This document shows, piece after piece, positions 16,423 through 29,619 of a stretch of DNA of 64,000 bases. A program made the translations under genes and the position numbers. The notes beneath the pieces were generated by a model. It did no database searches and was not told where the DNA came from. It saw only the letters and a program-made list of their open reading frames with translations. The DNA is from Schizochytrium sp. TIO01 (lineage: Eukaryota > Protista > Bigyra: Labyrinthulomycetes), in the NCBI GenBank assembly GCA_004764695.1, contig SMSO01000033.1, positions 2,728,001 to 2,792,000 of the forward strand. Reading direction: 5' to 3'. The stretch's first letter is position 1. Each line of letters starts with the position of its first letter.

Positions 16423-18013
16423 TTAGAGCAGAAATGAAAACCTTGCTGGCTGCTGTGGCATATACACCAGTCCGGTATGCTTGTCTCTCGCGTGGTATTA
16501 GGGATCTCTCTTCAGTAATACTCTCTTCTTTGATAGTATGCTTTTTTTAAGAATACATTTTTATCAAAAAGGTGAAAGCTTTTGAGATGATCATCGGTCT
16601 CTCTTCGAATAATAAAATATTTTATAAACATGATACTTTATTTAATAATCTTTGAAATATATGTATGCATCAGGCAACTTTGGTACAAATGAAAGTCTTG
16701 ATGAGATTAAATTTTAATACTTCTATGAGTAACACTCTTAAAGCGTTTTTTGTATTTTTCAAGCTTCATCCCCCCCCTCTGTTTCGCATTTCCGCGCAAG
16801 GTCCCCTTCACGTATCACGAGCTTCTTCTTATTTTCATAAACAACACAGCGCGAAACAATATTTGTTTTTAATTTAATTTTAATTTAATCCAAAAAACAA
16901 TTATAACCGTGTCTCCCATTTCTTTACATTTAAAAAAAAATAAAAATTAAAAAATCACCTTTAAAATGTAGAATAAATTAAAACATTTTCCCTTAAAACT
17001 AATTTTAAGATTTGTTAACGTCAACCTGAACGATAGTGACTAAGGTGCTAATGAATATAAGGGGCTGCGAGGAAACTTGTGATACAAAATTACTTCCAGC
17101 GGTCACGAGTCACGACCAGAGGAAAACACACACACTGATGAAGAGATGAAGAAAAGACTGAGTGAAAGAAACAGCTGTGAAGAGAGAGAGAGAGAGAAAA
17201 AGAAAAAGAAAGAAGAAAGGAGGGAATGGAATGAGTGAATGAGAGAGAGAGGAGTTCTAAGGAGTAACAGTCAAGCAATGGGCGCCGAGAACGAAGCAGG
17301 CCGAGGATGACGCCGGAATAACCATCTGCAGACAGACGCCCGCGAGCGAGCGAGGGAGCGAGGGAGCGAGGGAGGGGCGATCTTGCGGTGCTTGGCTTTG
17401 CTTTGTGGATTCGACAACTCTTCTCCCTTGGGCGGCGCGGTACGAGTGCTCTCGCTTCGCTAAGAGCTTACGCGGAAGCATGCCATAGAAAACCTAGTAG
17501 TGTAATTAGCTTAACGCCTCTCAAATGATGGTGGAGATAAGAGCGCCGCTGCTGACCTGTAAGGCACCGGAGAGCAGCTTGCTCGCTCGCTTGAGTTGGA
17601 GAACATGTCCTCTACAGCTCAAAGCAAACCCTCCAAGCCTGGTCGTCGAGAAGCCACGGGCAAGCATCCATGCATGCATCCATGCTTGCTTGCTTGCTTG
17701 CTTGCATACATACGTAATCATAAATATCACCATACATACATGTTAGTTCATTCAGCACTTCGCCAGTTATTGAAAGTACCAGGTGCGGTGCGCCCGTTCC
17801 GGTGGTATAGCCCCACCCGCCGTGCGTCCTTGCGGCGTGCGCTACGCGTGCGCATGGGGAAGGAACCCTAGCAGTGGCGGCGGGTGGCCCCGGGTCCTCT
17901 ATCTGCGCAGCGCAGCAGGGCAAAGTTGACCAGACCCGGGCCCAGCGAAAGCTTTGTGGGGCTTGGGTAACCCGGGTCCAAGACCATCATAACCACCGCC
18001 AATAGACAGCTGG

Positions 18014-18108
18014 CAAAGCCAAGAATGCAACAAAGCCAAGAATGCAACAAAGCCAAGAATGCAACAAAGCCAAGAATGCAACAAAGCCAAGAATGCGAAG
18101 CCAAGAAC
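18014..18108. repeat. 17-bp minisatellite CAAAGCCAAGAATGCAA, ~5.5 copies
   Basis: Four perfect copies at 18014-18081 plus two truncated copies. Confidence 0.95.
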
Positions 18109-21100
18109 TTGGACGCTGGCGGAGAAGCAGCTGCTGAGCAAGGGTGTCAAGGTCGGCGCGGCGGCACGGGATTTCGACGATCGGTTCGTAGCAGAATCCA
18201 AGCAAGGAAGGCTTGATGGATAGTGAGTGAGTGAGTGAGTGAGTGAGACTGAATGTTTGATGATAAGAGAGAGGAGGTGGACAAAGCTTGGAGCTCAGCT
18301 CTCGTCATGGGATGGGCCGTTTGTTTTCCTGTGCTTTGAATTACAGAGCACCCATGTGCGATCAATCAGGAGTATAATGACGTGTGTTTGTTTGTTGTTT
18401 GTGCATGTGTATCTGTGATTTTGTTTGTCTATTAGAGTATTTGTTTGATTGTTTGATTGTTTGATTGTTTCTTTGTTTGTTTGTTTATTGATTGGATGTA
18501 CGTGCGTACGTATGTCTGATAAAGCTCGAAAGAACTTTTTCCCTTCGCGATGGCGGTGTCGAAGGCGGCGCTTCTCACTTTCCGCCAGCTCTTGTGAAAG
18601 GTTTCGCAGCCAGGCAGACCGACCCGCCTGTCTTCGTCGTTGCTGCGAACGATAAACAGGTATCTCGCAAGACGAAATCACTCCTTCGCATTCCATTCCC
18701 CGCGGAGGCCGTCGCTCGAATCGATGACGGCTGCGAAGAGCGGCGTAGAGAACCTTTCAGAGGCCTTGAAGTTCTTCTTCAAGTCCAACTCGTGCGACGG
18801 CAGAAGATCTCGTCTCGCTGCCACGCGAGGACTGACTGACTGACTGACTGTTGGTGTGCTCTGCGACTTAGTTGGACTTGAGGAAAGTATCTTCTCGACG
18901 TCTGTCTTTCTTCTGTCTGTCTGTCTATCTGTCTGTGTATCAATCCATCCATCCGCCTTCGCCGTAGTTTTGAGGAGGCAGAAGAAGAAGAAGAAGAAGA
19001 AGAGATCTTTGGAGGGAACTTGAAGGAGGTCCATAAAACCAACACTGTCGGTACGTTTCTTTCGAGGAAGGTCGCCGTGAAGGAGTTCGAGGCACGAATG
19101 AATGTTGACGTTGAAGCTGCAGAAGGATAGATCATGCACACGAAGTGATCGATAACTAATGATGCATAGTACATACCGTCCGTATTACTTACCTTCGTAG
19201 GTAAGTACGGGCTCCGATACGCTTTCGTTGCTCATGGCATTGCGTGTGTGTGTATGTGTATGTGTATGTATGTATGTATGTATGTATGGATGGATATGTT
19301 GTGCGCTGTACGAAAGAGAGTAATTTGGGTGAGATTGTCGTAAAGCGCAGAAGTTGAAGGTGTGTACAGGAGGCAGTTGATTGCCAATGCGGATTCAGGT
19401 CGAAAGCACCTCCTTCCCAGGCAGCGGAGGGAGATTGCACCATCAGTCAGTCAGTCAGTCAGTCAGTCAGTCTCTGCGATAGATAAGCTGCCTGCGACAA
19501 GGCTACCCGAAAGACCAGGATTTACGAAGCTTCGAGGTGAAAGAGATAGGCCGTACCTGTCACATTTCCGCAACCTCCGCCACGGCTCAGCTCACATTGT
19601 CCGCGCCGATATCGCAAAACCATCGACCACCGCCAATATCATACACTCGCAATACCATACATACATGCACATAATAAATAAACGCTCTTTGTTCTATTCA
19701 TTTATTCATTCATAAGTGCGCCTTTCACAACAACTTCTTCAGTATGAAATATCAGTACCTAATAACAACCATGAGGCCGCATAGAGCTGTTGAGGCACAC
19801 TGGTAGGGGCGCTTAGAACCCGCTTAGGGACGCGTAAGTATGGTCCCCTGAGGCGGTGCGCTTCATGCGGGACCCGTGTGGAGAGGACGTGGCAGCGAAG
19901 ACATCAACGTCATGTCACTCAGTGAAAGAATGGTGAGGGAGACTCAGAACGACTCACTCGCCATATGAAGGATGGGTTGGAGATGGCGGTGAAGGTGCCT
20001 TTGACAGTGTATTATTCTGGACGTGATTGACTTGTAGGTTGGTTATCTATCAAATGAATGAGTGAAGCAATCAATTGTAATGAATGGGCCAATGAACGAA
20101 GGAGTAAATGAATCGGATGAAATGCTTGCGTTGTTGTTTTCTGAGAAGAGACTTTTTTGCTTGCCTGCTTGCTTCGAAAAGCTTTGACATTTACAAAGAG
20201 AGTAGGTGAGCAGGTACTTGTTGAGACTCCATTTATCATACGAAGGTTTTTGCGTTTAGTTTCTCTTCTGTTTTTATTATTATTATTATTTTTTAAAAAG
20301 AATTTTCATAACTTTCCCCCCTCTTTTAAAAGAAGAAACTTGTTTATTTAAAAAGGGAAAAAAGGAAAAAAAGTTTTATTTTTTTAATATAACTTCTTTC
20401 CCCTAAAGTTTCAAGAAAGCAGTTAGAATGAGTGAAGAGCTCGAAAAAGCCGCATTCTCGTCGTGGTGGGTCATAATGGAGTTTATCCATGGACGTATTC
20501 CGCTTCTCTCGCGCTGAATGGAATGGAAAGGGCCTCAGAGAAATCGAAATCGAAATCGAAATCGAAACCAGCCGACAGCCATGGTTCATCATATCTTGCT
20601 TGCTTGTATCCTTTCAAGAAACCCGACGGGCTGATCGATTGATCATTGATTGCTAGACAGACGTGCATCCATCCATCCACCCAACAAAGAGAGAAAAAAA
20701 GAAAGATACGTACGTGCGTACATAGGCCCGTGCCTAGCAGCTCCTACCGGGTACGTCAAATCGAAGGAAGGAACGACGGGAGAGCAATGAATTCGATGCC
20801 GACGGAGTTCGGGTACAAAGGCCGAAATCAGCGAGGAATACCAAAGCGCTCTCCGACTGCTGATCACGAACGAGGCATCTAATCTAACCCAACCCAATCC
20901 AATCCAGTCTGATCTGATCTGATGTAATTCATCTCCATCTCCACAATTAAGATAAGCCGTGCCAACTAGATGGCAGGGCAAACAAGCAAGCTCTGGAGAG
21001 CTAACAGGGAAGCGGAAGCTGTAATTTGGGCCAATTGAGTTGAACTCACTCACGCACCAGGATCGAAAGATTGGCCAACTAACTTGCAGCAGAAGCCCAA

Positions 21101-22107
21101 ACTGGGCACCAGCTAGCTCATCGTCAGCCTGGACTCGACTCGACTCGACTGGACTCGACTCGACTCCTCGATGGCGATCGTCGAGGAGGGGATGGTCGTG
21201 CTCGGGTGCTTCATGGGCTCTTGAGAAGAACATGTGCTGCATTCTTTAGCTGCAGAACAAATGGCAGACTGGATTGAGACTCCATGAGACGAGTAGAGCG
21301 AGCGCAACGAGAACTCGAGCGCCGTCAAGCTGCCACAGGACGGCGAGTGAATTCATTCATTCAATTATTCATTCCTGAGGACGGAGACTGACCAGAACGG
21401 CGGCGAGACCATCGACGAGTCCACTCTTCTTGGAGCAGACACGAACGGAGAAGAGAAGAACTCCATCCAAGGCACTCGAGAATGCCAAGCGCCCTCCCTC
21501 CAAGGCGAGCAGAGGAACGGCAAGTTGATCGCCTGCTACCTCGCAGAGAAGTGCTTGCGGAAAGCCACCGCGTTGACAGCGCAGAGCGAGGCAGCCAGAA
21601 CCGAGGGAGGGCGCCATGACTGACTTGACTGACTCCTGGCCGCAGGTGGGGCCTCGCAATGGTGGCATTCCAGGGAGGGTGGGTGGCCCAAGGGTGGCGC
21701 CGCCGCGATGAGAAGAGCACCCGCACGGTCTCAGGCAAGGCGCCGCGCTCCGAGCAGTCAGTCAGTCAGTCAGTCAGCAATGCACAAGCAAAATAAATAT
21801 CGCCGCGCCATGCACATCTCCACCAGGATCCTGCTCGCCACGACACCGCCATCGTCGGCAGCCTCCTCCTTGCCAAATTGATCCGCAAGGCCTGCCCGCC
21901 TGCTCGCCTGCCTGGACTTTGGGCGCCCAAAAGACGAAGTAACCGCTATCTGGCCCCCTTCCAGAGCATCCCTTGGGCTGCACTGCACAGTTTCTGGCCG
22001 TGAAGCAGTGCACGCCGCGCATGGATGAGACGAGCGGAAGGCCAGGAAGAAGGAGCTAGCTGCTAGGACCTCGAGTGCGTGCTGCCAAGTGCTGCCACTG
22101 GGCGTGT

Positions 22108-22268
22108 CATGTGATGCAATCTATTGTGATGTGATGTGATGAAACGTAACGTAACGTAATGTAATGTAATGTGATGTAATGTAATGTAATATGGTATAAT
22201 ATAATACAATGTAATTTGATGTGATGTGATGCAATGCAATGCAATGCAATGCAATACAATATAATGTA
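22108..22268. repeat. Compound pentamer microsatellite (ATGTG/ACGTA/ATGTA/ATATA/ATGCA)
   Basis: 5-bp periodicity with unit switching. Confidence 0.9.
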
Positions 22269-23606
22269 AGTTGGACTTGATTCTATGAACAGGACTGCCA
22301 GCGAAGGGCTTTGGTAGGGCACCTGCCCTTCAGGTGAAGGGGAGGTGGCCCAGAGTCTTATATCGAAGCGGATCGCCGCGACGCCAAGGCCGTGAAGTGC
22401 GCAGAGTTCCCACCTCCGCTCCCGGCCGAGGGTCTGTCTGATCAGGCAGCACAAGCCTAAGAAGCTTCTATCGAGCTTTAGAAAAAGGCAGTCAATTTAT
22501 GGGTGCTTTCGGCCTGTGCGAGAGACACCGCGTTACAACAACATCATCAAAGACATCTGTGTTTTGCTTGTTTGCTTGTGTTGTTTGTTTGTTTGTTTTG
22601 GTCATACGAAGTCTTAGAAGAGGGCATTGTGTACTTCTTACAGGTAAGCAAAAGCCTGCACAGGACTCCTCGTGTGTTGTCGGTCGATAGCGTTGCGTGG
22701 GTCCACTGCAGCCAGTGCCAAGCTGCACAAGGAACGAGCGACGCGGGCAGGCTGATCAAACCTAGGCTTGAGCCGACCTTGAGTTCACGCAAGGGCTCAG
22801 GACTCGGGTGGATCCTGCGAGCTCTCTGAGTTCTACTCAAGCTACAGATTGCAGTGCCGATGGTTGCGATGCTCCGGCGTCAGCCATACGAGCAAACAGA
22901 CAAAGGGTGCGCTCGCAGACCTCCGCACCCTATCCTCAATCGCATTTGATTCTCACTCTTCTTGCATACTCTCGTAAATGAGCAGCTGAGCTCAACAGCG
23001 CTGCGGCGAAAAGTCTTTGGGCGGTAACCAACCCTGAGCTCGTTGCCTCTGCTCCTGCCAGGCACCCTTGTAAAACCCCCATCGCCGACTCTGCAGACAG
23101 GAGCATGCAAGACTGACTACGCACATGTCTTGAAATCCTCGGCCTCCAGGCGACCGTGAGCATCGCCGTTGAGCGCTTCTCGCGGAGAGCGTCGTGCTTG
23201 CATTCATTCATGCATTCATTCACTCACTCCGCCAACGTCCAAAGGTGCGTGCAATTCGAGGAACTCGAGGGATCCAGGCACGCAAGCAGAGCGGCAGTTC
23301 CTGCGACAGAGATTCCCAATGCGCTCGGCTTCCTCCAGGCGCGCGAGGGGGTCAAAGGCGATCGATCTCGGCCAGCGGCTGCAGCCGAGATACGTCTGGA
23401 GGTGGCCCTAATCTACAGCAATGGGGAGAGGAGACGCCAACCGTTCCACTGCGCGCGCCGTCGATTGGCTGTATCCTTGTTTACGGTTATGATCATTATA
23501 GATAGATAGATAGATATCATAACGCTCGTTCTTTCTTTTATTCTTTTCTTTCTTAGTAGTAGTAGTTTTTTAATAGAATTTAAATATGAGTGAAGACTGA
23601 TTCTTT

Positions 23607-23890
<284 letters not shown>

Positions 23891-25312
23891 TAATGATTAC
23901 TTCTTCTTAGAAATATTTAATATGGAAAGAAAAAGAAGGCATGATTTTTACCGTGTGCGTTTTAAAATATATCATAATAATACAATATATTTATATGCGC
24001 AATGATAATATTAATACTTTGTTTTAAAAATAATTATTATTATTATTTTGGAAATGAGAATAAGATTAAACAGTAACAAATATTTTGGGAAGGGAGGAAA
24101 AGAGGAAAAAAACATCAAAAAAGGGAAAAAGGAAGGAAAAAAAGAAAGAAAAAAAAGAGGAGAACGTTGGGTTCTAGGCAGTAATGAGGTAAACATTGGT
24201 TCGCCTTTTTAAGCTGTTCAGTCAGGACAATACTTATTCTTTTTATTATTATTTTTTTAATGTACTCATAATAAATTATTATTCTTCTCTAGCTAGCTAG
24301 AGAAGCATAAATTTAATTTTAAAATGTTAAAGCTTGTTGTTTATGATTGTTAGAACTATATGGTTGAGAGCGGCAAACGCCATCGCGAGCGCGCATGAGC
24401 ATAAGCATGAGCATAAGCATGAGTAATTCACATTCTTCACGATGTTGGACCATGGCGTGCGGGAGTTGAGTTTATCACGGTGAAGCTGCGCAGTGGCTTT
24501 TGTTTGCTTGAAATGATAGATTCTTTGGAGCCAAGAGCCAGACGCAGAACATCAACGACGCTCCTCCATATAGAGCCGAGTGCTCTAATGAAATGAAATC
24601 AATGGCTGTGCAGCTATTGAATTGATGGCGAGCGAATGTAGATCGAGGAAGGCAAGTTAGTATCGACAACTATTCACGGCTTTGGCACGAGCAATGTCTC
24701 AAGTTGGCTCAGCTGAACGTAAGTGGCCATTTGTGGGAGTTATTGAAGTTATTAACGTACTTGAAGCAGTCGATGTGGATCTCATTTGGTCTTACTTGGT
24801 AAGCGTGGGAAATCTCGCGAGCCATCGCCAGCATAATTGTTGACGGCACATTGTCACCAAAATGGCAGCATCATCCACGATGGTTGCTACATGGTCTTGG
24901 GCTCAGCAACGAAGTACTGGTACTATACTACTACTACCACCCACGTGCCTACTATAATACTGGAGACTACATTGAGTTTCCTGGGAAGTTGAGATACGTG
25001 GTGGAAGAGCCGACAGATTGAACAATGGCACGCGAGAGCGGGACTAAATGGTTGGGCGAGGAAGCCTATGACGGCTTCCACATCCTGGCAGGATATCGTG
25101 TCACTACTGCCGACTCTTTCTGTGAGACTACTGCGTGCAAAACGTGTGGAGGTAGAATGGTGAAAGTTCCTGAGGGAGATTAAAAAGCGGAGGGGAGAGA
25201 CTATCACAATAATCGTTGCTGATCTTTTGCTTGAACAGCAAGAATTGCTTACTAGGTTTTACTTTTAAACAAAACAAACATCAACATATTTCAGTATTGC
25301 ATTCAGAGAAAT

Positions 25313-25690
25313 ACTGAATGCAATGAATGCAGTAGTATATGCTGGATCATGAGCTTTTTTCAATTAAACCCCTTTCAACCTCGAAAGGATCTTATTGTGT
25401 AAATTGAATCAATGTGTCAGCTAGGCAGCAGTTCAAGTCAGGGTAGTTCAAGAATCTCTCGCCCATGACACCTTGAAGTTGATGTATTTACGAGATGCCC
25501 TACCCTGTCTTTGATTCTGAGAGAATGCAATAAATGCAATACGCTGATATTGCTGGACCCTGCTAGCTTTTTTAAAGTGAGCCTCTTTTACCTCATGAGG
25601 ATTTTAATTTCATTCTGTAGATTGAATCAAGGCGTCAAGTTCAAGACTCACCTTTGACCTTGAAGATTAACTTCTTTGCAAGGTGCTCTA
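25313..25690. repeat. Degenerate ~200-bp tandem duplication
   Basis: Shared colinear blocks gaatgcaat.aatgca / tgctgga / agctttttt / aggat / ttgaatcaa / agttcaaga / accttgaag at 25313-25500 and 25520-25690. Confidence 0.7.
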
Positions 25691-26690
25691 GTTTTTACGC
25701 TTACATATTTGTTAGATTTTGAAGAAATCATGCCAGGAAGATGTGATTCTCAGCTTTCTAGGCGCACAGTAATTTGAAATTTAATTAAACTTGTAATTTC
25801 ACGTTCGCTATCCATCTCAGACTCCAGCTGACGTACAGATAACAACATCGAGCCCACATGTGAACGAAAATCCTCATTCTCCATTGTCGTGAGCTCAATT
25901 TCAATCGTGTTGCGTTCGAGGCTCAACTTATAATGTGACTCTTGAAGATCATTTGAGAATTTGTTTTGGACTGTTGCATGTGGTAAACACGCTTACATCT
26001 CAAAAGCCGAAGCTGAAGGCAAAGATTGATGGTTGAATATACCTAGCTCCCAATACTATTTCGGACCAGTAATACAAATGTAGTGGGATGTGAATATGTG
26101 GTTCTCAGGAGCAAACGCTAATTTCATGTATATATGCCTCGTCTTCATCAAAGCAACAATAGCTGCCCGGCCTAGACAGAATTTTCGTCTTCTCAGGGTA
26201 CAAGTTGATAGTGAATGGCCCATCCACAACCCAATCAATTTACATCCTGCAACACCTTCTAGCTAGAACTAATTCGAAACTATAAATATTGACACACAGA
26301 CAAGCTGGTGTTAAGTACTTTTCCTTCTTTCTAAAAATGTGATTAGAAATAAAGTCAAACGTTTGCCATTTTCATGAATGTTAACAGCCCAAGCTTGAGG
26401 AAAATGCTCTTCGTATCGCCAGTTCTCTGAACGATCGTGATGGCCAGGATTGATCTTCTCGCGAATTATATGTTTACAACCTTTGTATCTGAGTATTGGG
26501 ACCTAAAATCATTGTCATCTAGGATTATCAGTTGAAGCCATACTTTCTCACCAAGAATGCCTGCTTATGCACATACGCGAACGCGAACGCAAACGCAGGA
26601 TCTTACTTTGCTTTAGTCCCCGATACGAAAGTCGCCAAAAAACACTGATAGCCATGATTTTTTTCCCATGCACTATAAGCTACGCACTCG

Positions 26691-26895
26691 AACCTAATCT
26701 AACCTAATCTAACCTAACCCTTCGAAAAGCTTCACCTTCTAAGCAAAACCTTAGAAGCCGGTACGACGGTGAACCCAACATCCTCCCGAACTGACCTAAT
26801 CCAGTAAACCTAACCCACGCTCGGCAGAAACCTAACACGTCGGTCAGGTTTAGCTAGGTTGCGGGTGAGGTTCTCGGTTAGGTTTCACTAGGGTT
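26691..26895. repeat. Telomere-like CCTAA/TTAGG repeat cluster
   Basis: AACCTAATCTAACCTAATCTAACCTAACCC at 26691-26720, then scattered AAACCTAAC, ACCTAAT, GGTTAGGTT, CTAGGGTT. Confidence 0.6.
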
Positions 26896-27215
26896 GACTC
26901 TCCAATTGTGTGTCCTCCAGGTCCTTCCAGCCCAGGTCCGCGAGGCCAGGAGCTAGCTAGCTAGCTAGCTGCAGGGTTCCGTGGAGCGAGAAGAAGCTTC
27001 TCCACTGGATCGAGTGCCGGCTGCCTTGGATTCAGTAGGCCAGGCTTCTTAAATCTCCTTGCCAGCTTCGTTGCGCTGAGACAGAACTGAGTTGAGTCTA
27101 GCTGGTGTCTCTGCTGATTCAAGGCGGTTGGTTTTTTCCCATACGCTGACATTGCCCTGAAGAACGTGAGGAAGCAACAAAGCAAGTCGAAACGATTGCA
27201 AAAGAAAAGAGCACG

Positions 27216-29489
27216 ATGGTGGTGAGACCACTCAAGACGTACCGTAGTGAGATGCGGAAGCTGAGCGAAAAGATGGGTGTGATTGAAAATACAATGACCA
27301 AGCAAGAGGCGGAGAACTTAGATGCCATGCTCGTGGAAATCGCAGCTGCCCGGTGGCAACTGCCCATGTTGGAGGCATTCAAGGAGTGCATGAGCTCTGA
27401 AGTGATTCACTCCATCAGCACCAAAAATGACCGTGCCAATATCTTTGTCTGCTTCGCCTCCATCCGCGACTCGGCGAGGGACCCCGAAAACGACCTCGAC
27501 TCCATGATGCACGAATTCAACGACATCGTTGCCAAACTTACCTTGCCCGACTCTGCACTTGGCATTAGCGAACTCGTTGCTCTCGAGTTTCGCATCCAGA
27601 CGGTTCTCAGCAAATTCGCAGGCCCTGTGCCGCCCCCTGTGCATGAGCGTGTCATCAACGATGAATCCACGCAACATACACAATCTGGGGAACGTGAACA
27701 TGCCGACAGTATCAATGATGATGATGATGATGATGATGAGGCAGGTGAAGGTCCTGCAACTCAAGCTCCTCGCGATGATAGTGATGACGAGGACGATGGC
27801 AAGGAAGCAAAAGCAGGCAAAAGCGACAAGAGCTCTGATGGGAGTAGCGAAGCAAGTGCTCTCCGCACAGACCCGCCGAGCAAAGACCCTGCCACGAAAC
27901 TGCGCAAAGCCATTGACTCCACTTGGGTTGAGGAAGATGATATAATGAGCGCAGAAGATAACATCAATCTTTGGCCTGCTCGTGCTGCAGCTAAACTTGC
28001 TCGCGACAGCCTTGAAGAAATAGTTGAGGCCTACCGCACCGCACAACGTTCTCGGCCTCGAGGCAACCGCCGTGGTGGACAGAACCAAAGTGACAAGAAC
28101 TTGCAAGATGCCCACAATCTCTTCTGGGCATTTGAGACAGCACACAGCTGGCCTGACTTTATCAAACTCCTAGAAGAGTTCATGCGTTTCTGCCAAACTT
28201 TTGTAGTCCAACACCCACCCAAGCTTCTTCAACTCATGCGCCAAGGTCGTCAAGCAATCAGCCGTGCGAGCTCCCAGAGTGCCTCCATGCATGGGAATGA
28301 TGATGACGACGATGTTGTCATCAGAAACCGCAATACAAGTCTCTTGGGACCTGCCACTCCGCGGAGTCATCTTCGCAGGCCCACAAAGGTGGCGCAACAT
28401 TCATCTGCTGCACCACGTAGCGCACACCAGCAGCATATGGCGTCTTCCTCTTCTCCTCCTTCGAACAGAGTGCAAGGGGGCATCCCCCGCTCTAAACTCT
28501 ACACACAGTTGCAGAATGAGTTCCTTCGACGCCACGGCAACTCATACGAAGAATGGGAAAAGCTTCGAAACCTGACACCCTTCGACGCTCGCGAGAAGGT
28601 CACTACATTCGTTCAAAGTGCTGTAGCTGCCAATTCGTCAATGCCTCCCACCCGTAGTGCGGACATTATCGTGCACCACAATTCCAACCATGATTCGCAT
28701 CACCACCACCACAACCACCATCAGCATGAATCTGACGAGCTTCTTGATGAAAGTCGCTTTCACTATAATATGCACGGCTCTCACAGCAAGCGAAAGTTAC
28801 ATGCTGAAGTTCCCAAGCACTACGCTTCCGGCAAGCGTTCCCGTCACCATGATGATGACCATGACGATGGTTTCCCCCATATGGCTCCTATGGATGACAA
28901 CGACGATAGGGATACTGTCGTGGATGCTGCAAAAGCGTTGCGCGAAAACTCCAGGATGCTTCGCAACAAATTCAAAGATCCCTTGGATCTTATGCTTCTT
29001 CAGAGCAAGAAGCTAACCATCCAACCTGCTGCTACATCTTCAGGGCTTGCTGAGGGAGAGTCCTCGCCTACAAGCACCATGGCAGGTGCGCGGCCACGAC
29101 CCCGCGCAAAGCGTCGGCTAGAATACGATTCTAACCCCGAGAATGATTCTCCCTTCGCATCACAGTTTGGTCAAGATGAAAACCGATCTCCAGCCCATCA
29201 AGATGACCGTGCTAGCCACATTAATTCTGACACTCTCTTTGAACGGGCCATCAAACCCTTACGCAAGACACGCCGAAAGCCTGTTCCATGGACAATGAAG
29301 GAGACCGATGCTTTGGTTAATGGCGTTCGTATTCATGGTAAGGGTAATTGGGCGGAGATCTTGCGTGAGAACCGACCTGCGTTTCACTCGACCCGTACTA
29401 GTGTCTCCCTCAAAGATCGGTACCGCAATATTGAGTTGAAGCGGGTAAAGGATGATAAGGATGAAGCTGAAAGCGCAGTTGCTGAGTAA
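27216..29489 (+). CDS. Telomere-repeat-binding-factor-like protein with single C-terminal telobox Myb domain
   Basis: C-terminal PWTMKETDALVNGVRIHGKGNWAEIL...RTSVSLKDRYRN matches the telobox Myb pattern (W..EE...L..GV...G.G.W..I ... RT.V.LKD.WRN); 757 aa. Confidence 0.85.
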   Translation: MVVRPLKTYRSEMRKLSEKMGVIENTMTKQEAENLDAMLVEIAAARWQLPMLEAFKECMSSEVIHSISTKNDRANIFVCFASIRDSARDPENDLDSMMHEFNDIVAKLTLPDSALGISELVALEFRIQTVLSKFAGPVPPPVHERVINDESTQHTQSGEREHADSINDDDDDDDEAGEGPATQAPRDDSDDEDDGKEAKAGKSDKSSDGSSEASALRTDPPSKDPATKLRKAIDSTWVEEDDIMSAEDNINLWPARAAAKLARDSLEEIVEAYRTAQRSRPRGNRRGGQNQSDKNLQDAHNLFWAFETAHSWPDFIKLLEEFMRFCQTFVVQHPPKLLQLMRQGRQAISRASSQSASMHGNDDDDDVVIRNRNTSLLGPATPRSHLRRPTKVAQHSSAAPRSAHQQHMASSSSPPSNRVQGGIPRSKLYTQLQNEFLRRHGNSYEEWEKLRNLTPFDAREKVTTFVQSAVAANSSMPPTRSADIIVHHNSNHDSHHHHHNHHQHESDELLDESRFHYNMHGSHSKRKLHAEVPKHYASGKRSRHHDDDHDDGFPHMAPMDDNDDRDTVVDAAKALRENSRMLRNKFKDPLDLMLLQSKKLTIQPAATSSGLAEGESSPTSTMAGARPRPRAKRRLEYDSNPENDSPFASQFGQDENRSPAHQDDRASHINSDTLFERAIKPLRKTRRKPVPWTMKETDALVNGVRIHGKGNWAEILRENRPAFHSTRTSVSLKDRYRNIELKRVKDDKDEAESAVAE

Positions 29490-29619
29490 ATGTTAATGTA
29501 GGATAGTAAGCAAGCACTTTGCCAAAAGAAGCGAGCAGGCTAACAACTACACGTTTTTGCTCAAATGTTCTCGTATTGCGTTGAAAAGGAGCTCACTCCA
29601 TCCACATTGTTTTCCGTTT

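Larger units (their letters stand above)
17900..22690 (+). mobile_element. Decayed CRE-like element, array copy C
   Basis: PPALVKGFAAR, RIPFPAEAVARI (~18687), AAK, GLEESIF (~18874), LSRK, EGD (19427), PYL (19551), KIG/NLQQK (~21068), GMVVLGCFMGS (21189), AGG/GLAMVAF (~21640), ARL, AAKC, RRDAKAVK, GAFG (22502), FLQVSKSLHR. Confidence 0.65.

Noticed and set aside
24803-25183. 126-codon frame with one in-frame TGA and a CxxC (selenoprotein candidate)
   Set aside because: No start codon or recognisable SECIS; better explained as part of decayed element copy D
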